Shown here piece by piece: positions 52,685 through 64,000 of a DNA stretch of 64,000 bases. Made by a program: the position numbers and the translations under genes. The first letter of the stretch is position 1. Every line of letters begins with the position of its first letter. Source of the DNA: Felis catus. Taxonomy: Eukaryota. The stretch spans positions 7,688,001 to 7,752,000 of the forward strand of contig NC_058382.1 of assembly GCF_018350175.1 (NCBI RefSeq), in the 5' to 3' direction. The notes beneath the pieces were generated by a model. The model was not told the DNA's origin, did no database searches, and was given only the letters and a program-made list of their open reading frames with translations.

Positions 52685-55619
52685 CGCTCCCCTCCCCCCC
52701 GTGGGGGGACTGGGGGTGACAGGGAAGAAGGTCAAAGGAGCTGGGGGTGGGGGGTGGGGGAAAGGGTTTTTTTAAAAAATCAAAAAGTCATTAATAATAT
52801 GCAACCGAGACGACGACGCCAGCAGACACCCCCGGACCCCTCACCCCCACCTGGGCCCCCAGGATGGAGGGGGAGGAGCCAAACTCCATCCCCCACCCAC
52901 CTCTCCCCCACCTCTCCCCCCAATAAAGCCTTCTCAGGTCTCCATGAGCCATAGGACATCCCGCTCCCATAAACTCCTGTAAATACGTCCAAATTATGCC
53001 AGTTACATTTTGGGGCGCCTCTCCGCTAGTCTGCATGCCTCCCTCAACCCGGATCCCTCCTCCCCCCTTCCAGCTCCACCTCAGCAATAAGCCGCCAGGG
53101 GCTGCATGCCACGCGATTGAGGGAAGGGGAAGTCTGGGAAGGGGGCGGGGCCTCAAGGGGGTCCGGCCGGCTTTGCAGCCGCGGGAGGGTCTCCTAGCCT
53201 CCTACCGTTCGCCCCAGGAGGACAGCCCATCACATTGATGCAAAGAGTAATACAGTAGCAACAATGTGAGGGAAGGAGGAACAGCCACCCAGGCCCCCAA
53301 ACGAGCTGAGCTCAGAGGGCGAAAGCAGAGACCTGGGGAGTGGCCTGTGGACAGCTTCTCCCTCAGCCTTTAGGAAGATCCCTCTGGTGAACGTGACCCT
53401 TTCATCCCTCTCCATCCCCGCCACGGGGTCTGCTCGCCTCTATTCTTGCTGCATGGACCCAGACCTCCCATCTCGGAATTTCTGGGATGATCTGGCCCTA
53501 GCACACAAAATTCCCCAACGCCCCCTCCAGGTTACCAGGACACGAGACCTGCACCCACAGTTCCCGAGACCCACTCCGGCACCCCGCATCCCCTAAATCC
53601 CCACCGGGTCCTGGGACTTAACTTCTGCGTACAGATGCTGTCCCCCGCCCCACCCCACCCCACCCAATCCCTGGACCGCATCCCAACAGCTCAAACCTCC
53701 AAGACTTGACCCAACCCTTCAGCTCACTTTCAGCCTTTGGGATGCTCCAGATCCTTCCCACACTTGGGCATTTCTTGGACACCCCCAAATCCTCAGGCCT
53801 TCCCCCCCACCCCTAGATAATCCCCAAATCTCTAACATCTGACATCCACCTCAGGTTCTCCTGATACTAGAATTTCCAAGATAGGCTCAACCTGTCTGCA
53901 ATTCCAGGGAACCAGACCTCCCCCACCCCCGACCTTGGGCATCCCCTTTCGGATGCCTCGCCCTGCCTCTTCCAAGAGCCCCTTTCCTTAAATGGTGCCC
54001 AAAAGGGACCCTCTTCATGGACGTCAGTGTTTCCCAGAGAGTTGTATTTGTACCCCTGGTGATGTGCTAAGGTTTTAGGCAGTGTAAGGACGCTTAATCT
54101 AAGAAGTTTTGTCTTTCCTGGCATGTTGCTCACAAGCCGGTAAGTCCAGATACTGCTGCTTGGCCCAGACACTGTTTATTCAAGGTAGAGTGTTTCCACT
54201 TAAAGCAGAGGCTGTGCCCGTGCCAAGGGACACTGGAATAGCAGAAGCTCGGGAAACGACGACATACCTTACCGGGGCTGGGATCCCAGCCCACCCTTCC
54301 CTGGCATTCCGCGTCCTGCCACGCTCGCGGGTGGAAAATCATTGCTCATACCCCATCCTGGCTCAAGGATGCGCTACCTCCCCCAAGCCCAGAGACCACA
54401 CCGGTCCCAGAATCCTTAGAGGGGACCCCTCCCCTTTTGGAGCTGGAGGGCCACGGAACTAGCAACCTCCTTCCCTCTGCTCCCACGGCCTCAGGAACCC
54501 CCCCCCCCACACCCATCCGAGGGTTGGGGGGTGTCACTGAGCGCGATTCTTGATGCAACGATTCCTATGCAAGGGGCATTTTGAGTCCCCCATCCTTCCC
54601 TCGGACCCTAAACCCTGGCGAATCAGGGGTGAGGGGTGGGGCAGGTTCTGGTGGGAGTGGGNNNNNNNNNNNNNNNNNNNNNNNNNNNNNNNNNNNNNNN
54701 NNNNNNNNNNNNNNNNNNNNNNNNNNNNNNNNNNNNNNNNNNNNNNNNNNNNNNNNNNNNNNNNNNNNNNNNNNNNNNNNNNNNNNNNNNNNNNNNNNNN
54801 NNNNNNNNNNNACCCTCACGGAAGCCGAACGGTGCGGGGAAAGGGGGTGAGGATCTTTTCCAAAGGGTACAGCCCTCTTCCCAACGTCTCCCCCTGCTCG
54901 CCAGTCTGCCACACGTACCCAGCTTTTTAGTTCAGCTTTTAAAAATAATCACAATCATAAACCTTTACAAAACGTGATTCACGTCCTTCACCCCAACCCC
55001 CATCCCCCAAGTCAAACAAACAGTGTGGGATTTGGGGAGGAAGAGAGAGCCAACAAAGGGACAACTTCTACGTCCCGCTCCCCTTTTCTCCCCGGCCGCC
55101 AGGGTGCCTGCAACTACACGCATGCGCTGCATGACGCGCTCCCCACACGCATGTCGCGCCCCTCCAGCGCTCCGGGAACGCACGGACACGGGGCGAGGGG
55201 CGGGGCGATTGGGGAGGAACGAACGGCGGGGGTCTTCCTGAGTTCAGCGGCTCCTCCTCCCCATCACACACACAGCAATAAGAGTCTCTCACTCCAACGT
55301 GGGCGGGGCGGGCCGGGCCTGTCGAGGCGGGAGGTGGGAGGAGTGGCCAGGGGGCGCTCTCAGGGATGGGGGCGGGTGTNNNNNNNNNNNNNNNNNNNNN
55401 NNNNNNNNNNNNNNNNNNNNNNNNNNNNNNNNNNNNNNNNNNNNNNNNNNNNNNNNNNNNNNNNNNNNNNNNNNNNNNNNNNNNNNNNNNNNNNNNNNNN
55501 NNNNNNNNNNNNNNNNNNNNNNNNNNNNNNNNNNNNNNNNNNNNNNNNNNNNNNNNNNNNNNNNNNNNNNNNNNNNNNNNNNNNNNNNNNNNNNNNNNNN
55601 NNNNNNCACTTCCCACCCA

Positions 55620-55625
55620 AATAAA
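55620..55625 (+). terminator. KCNC3: KCNC3 distal poly(A) signal
   Basis: AATAAA followed by T-rich sequence. Confidence 0.65.
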
Positions 55626-56607
55626 AGTTTCCTTTTCATTTAAAAGTTGCATCCTGTTTCCTGGGAAGGTTTCCAGATCTGGGCCAGGGTGGGGGCCTCA
55701 AGAGCAGGGGTCATATGAAAGTAACAAGGGTGTGCACTTTGGGGGGCCGGCTATCCCCTTGATCACCGGCTCTCACCTTGTGACTTGGGGGGGGGGGGGT
55801 AGTGCCTGCCATTTCCCTGACGGTAAAATAGGATCCACACCCCTAACTGGAAACTGTGAACGGCACCTGGTTTTAGATGAGCTCCTAGGTGAGGGTAGCA
55901 AGACGCTAGGAGAGGAGTGGAGCTGGGTCTCCAATAAGAGGTTAGGGGCCGAGGGCCACATGCCCCATATTGCCTACTCTGAAGCCAGACTGTGGGTTCA
56001 AGTTCTCAGTAGCTGTGTGTTCCTGGGCAGTCTCTCAACCTCTCTGGGCTGTTTCCACCACCCTAAAAGGGCAGGAGGGGGTGATCTGTTCATTCAGCAA
56101 ATACACGAATCCCAACCACATGCCAGGCACTGTTCTAGGCGCCGGAAAGCAAAGGAATCATTCCTACCTCTAGGGGTTGTGCTCTAGGTGGAGGCGAGCT
56201 CCCCCCGTTGAGCACAGCTACGCAAATGACCGCTACTCCACAGATGGCTCCACGGTCACTCTGTCACTGCTTTGCAAAGACTTGAGGGTCAGCCAGAGCG
56301 CAGCATCCCTTCTGCCAGCTACTCACTGGGAGGCTTGAAGCAAGGCACGTCAGGGCTCAGCCTCCGTTTCCCCATCTGTATAATGGAGGCAATACGCGGG
56401 AAGGGGGCTGGAACGAGTTACTTCACATGAAACGCCGGTACACAGAAGGCTCCCAACACTGTCAGCTGTGAGAACCAGCTGACAGCCCCACCTGCTGGTT
56501 CTGGACGGCTGTCCCAGCGGCTGAAGAAGCCTGTGACTCCCCCGCCCCATCAGAGATCCCCCGGAAGGAACACACACAGCGCCAAGGGGGTCCAGTTGGG
56601 GTGGGAG

Positions 56608-56613
56608 TTTATT
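56608..56613 (-). terminator. MYH14: MYH14 poly(A) signal
   Basis: TTTATT on +, about 630 nt past the stop. Confidence 0.7.
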
Positions 56614-57241
56614 TCTGCCAGAGCCTGGAGGCTGGGAGGATATGGGGCCTCCTCCAGCCCCCACAGGAAACTCCAAACCTAATTGTGATCACACAAGAGC
56701 AACCAGAAGGGGGGGGGGGGCGGAACACATGGGGGAGGAGAGGGGGTGATGGGGGGTTCCCTTCTCCCGCCCCTCTGCAAGGGTCAAAGGTTGGTGGAGA
56801 CTTGGGGCTCCGGCTGCTGTCGCTCAGAAGTTCCGGGGTCAGTGGAGAGTGGAGAGGAGGAGGGGAAGAGGGGGGAGAGAGGGGGAGGCGAATGGGAACC
56901 CTGGCTTCCGAGGACAGGGGAGCCATGCTCCCGTGCTTATAAAGATCATTAACAGCTTAAGGAGGGAGGGGAGCCCTATGGGGCCACAGCTTGCTAACTG
57001 CTCCCGGATTTCCTTCCAAGCGAAAGCCCTCCTCCACGTTGCCCTGCTCCCCTGCTCCCCTGTGTTTAGGGGTCCATGGGTCTCAGCCCCTGCCCCCTCA
57101 CATGGGGTTGGTAAGTGCTATAGTGCCAAAGGCTGGCACCATTTTCAAAGTGCAAGAAGCCAGAGGTTGGGTTCCCGGGACAGGCGCCCCGAGGGACCAG
57201 GGGCCAGGGAGGGAGGGGCCAAAGCTGGGGGCAGGGCGGGG

Positions 57242-63439
<6,198 letters not shown>

Positions 63440-64000
63440 TTAAGTGCATAGCACAGAGCCTGGTACATACTAAATACACAATAGATGTCAGCACGTCTTT
63501 TTCCTGATTGGCGGATCAGCCAACAGCAGCGCCAGCCCCCGGTTTTAACGTTTTGGGTAGTTTTTTTGCTATTTTAACACGTCCACAAGACTATCACAAA
63601 CTTGTTTCAATGCTATGAACTCTGCCTCTGATTGTGAAAGAGTCTATTGCAAGGGTTATCACACTTTTGTTTGCACCAGGATCATCTGGGGAGCTTGTAA
63701 AAAAAAAAAAAAAAAAAAAAAAGATGCAGACTTCAGGGTCCCACCCTCCAAAAACTCCGCTTGAGCAGATCAGGAGTGGGGTCCATGAATCTGCATTTTT
63801 AACAAACACCTCGGGCGGTTCTGATGCGGGTGATGTTCTGGGGTCATTTTAAGAAACGCCAGCTGAACAAATGGTAGCTACTACATTGAGAATTTGTAAA
63901 CGCGCCCCTAATAATAGTTTCCGTTTATTTACTCAGCTCGTATTCCGAGTGAGGTCCTGCACCGGGGAGAAGGAAATGAGTCAGATCCAGTCTGATTCAT

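Larger units (their letters stand above)
51398..55645 (+). other. KCNC3: KCNC3 terminal exon / long 3'UTR (encodes ALVTA* at 51398-51414 if exon 4 is skipped)
   Basis: Acceptor tatttctgtccccag|CTCTTGTCACCGCCTGA; AATAAA at 52922 and 55620. Confidence 0.7.

Noticed and set aside
51486-52775. 429-aa ORF in the KCNC3 3' region
   Set aside because: Low-complexity C-rich UTR that crosses an N gap; the recognisable coding piece is in another frame (ending 52684).

Overview
Mammalian genomic DNA, almost certainly a felid (dense feliform-type Can-SINEs and a felid L1 3' end). Ten N-gaps, mostly at very GC-rich spots, suggest a short-read draft assembly. The window is syntenic to human 19q13.33 in reverse orientation. 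In order: POLD1 promoter, non-coding exon 1 and intron 1 (-); complete NR1H2/LXR-beta (-); a single napsin gene NAPSA (+), with no NAPSB copy; KCNC3/Kv3.3 (+) with three alternative C-terminal exons; and the last four coding exons of MYH14 (-). Most notable observations: (1) a chain of six splice-site-bounded, frame-compatible exons on the minus strand between NAPSA and KCNC3 (about 37.1-39.0 kb) that looks like an unannotated small gene; (2) a 1-nt frameshift just after the NAPSA start codon in an otherwise intact gene; (3) a spliced 20-codon uORF ending 7 nt before the NR1H2 ATG; (4) the napsin RGD motif changed to RGN-L-T; (5) an LTR-like promoter/poly(A) cassette in NAPSA intron 7. Exon boundaries were read by eye. 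Gene identities and cross-species comparisons come from recall of the human and rodent orthologues, not from a database search.
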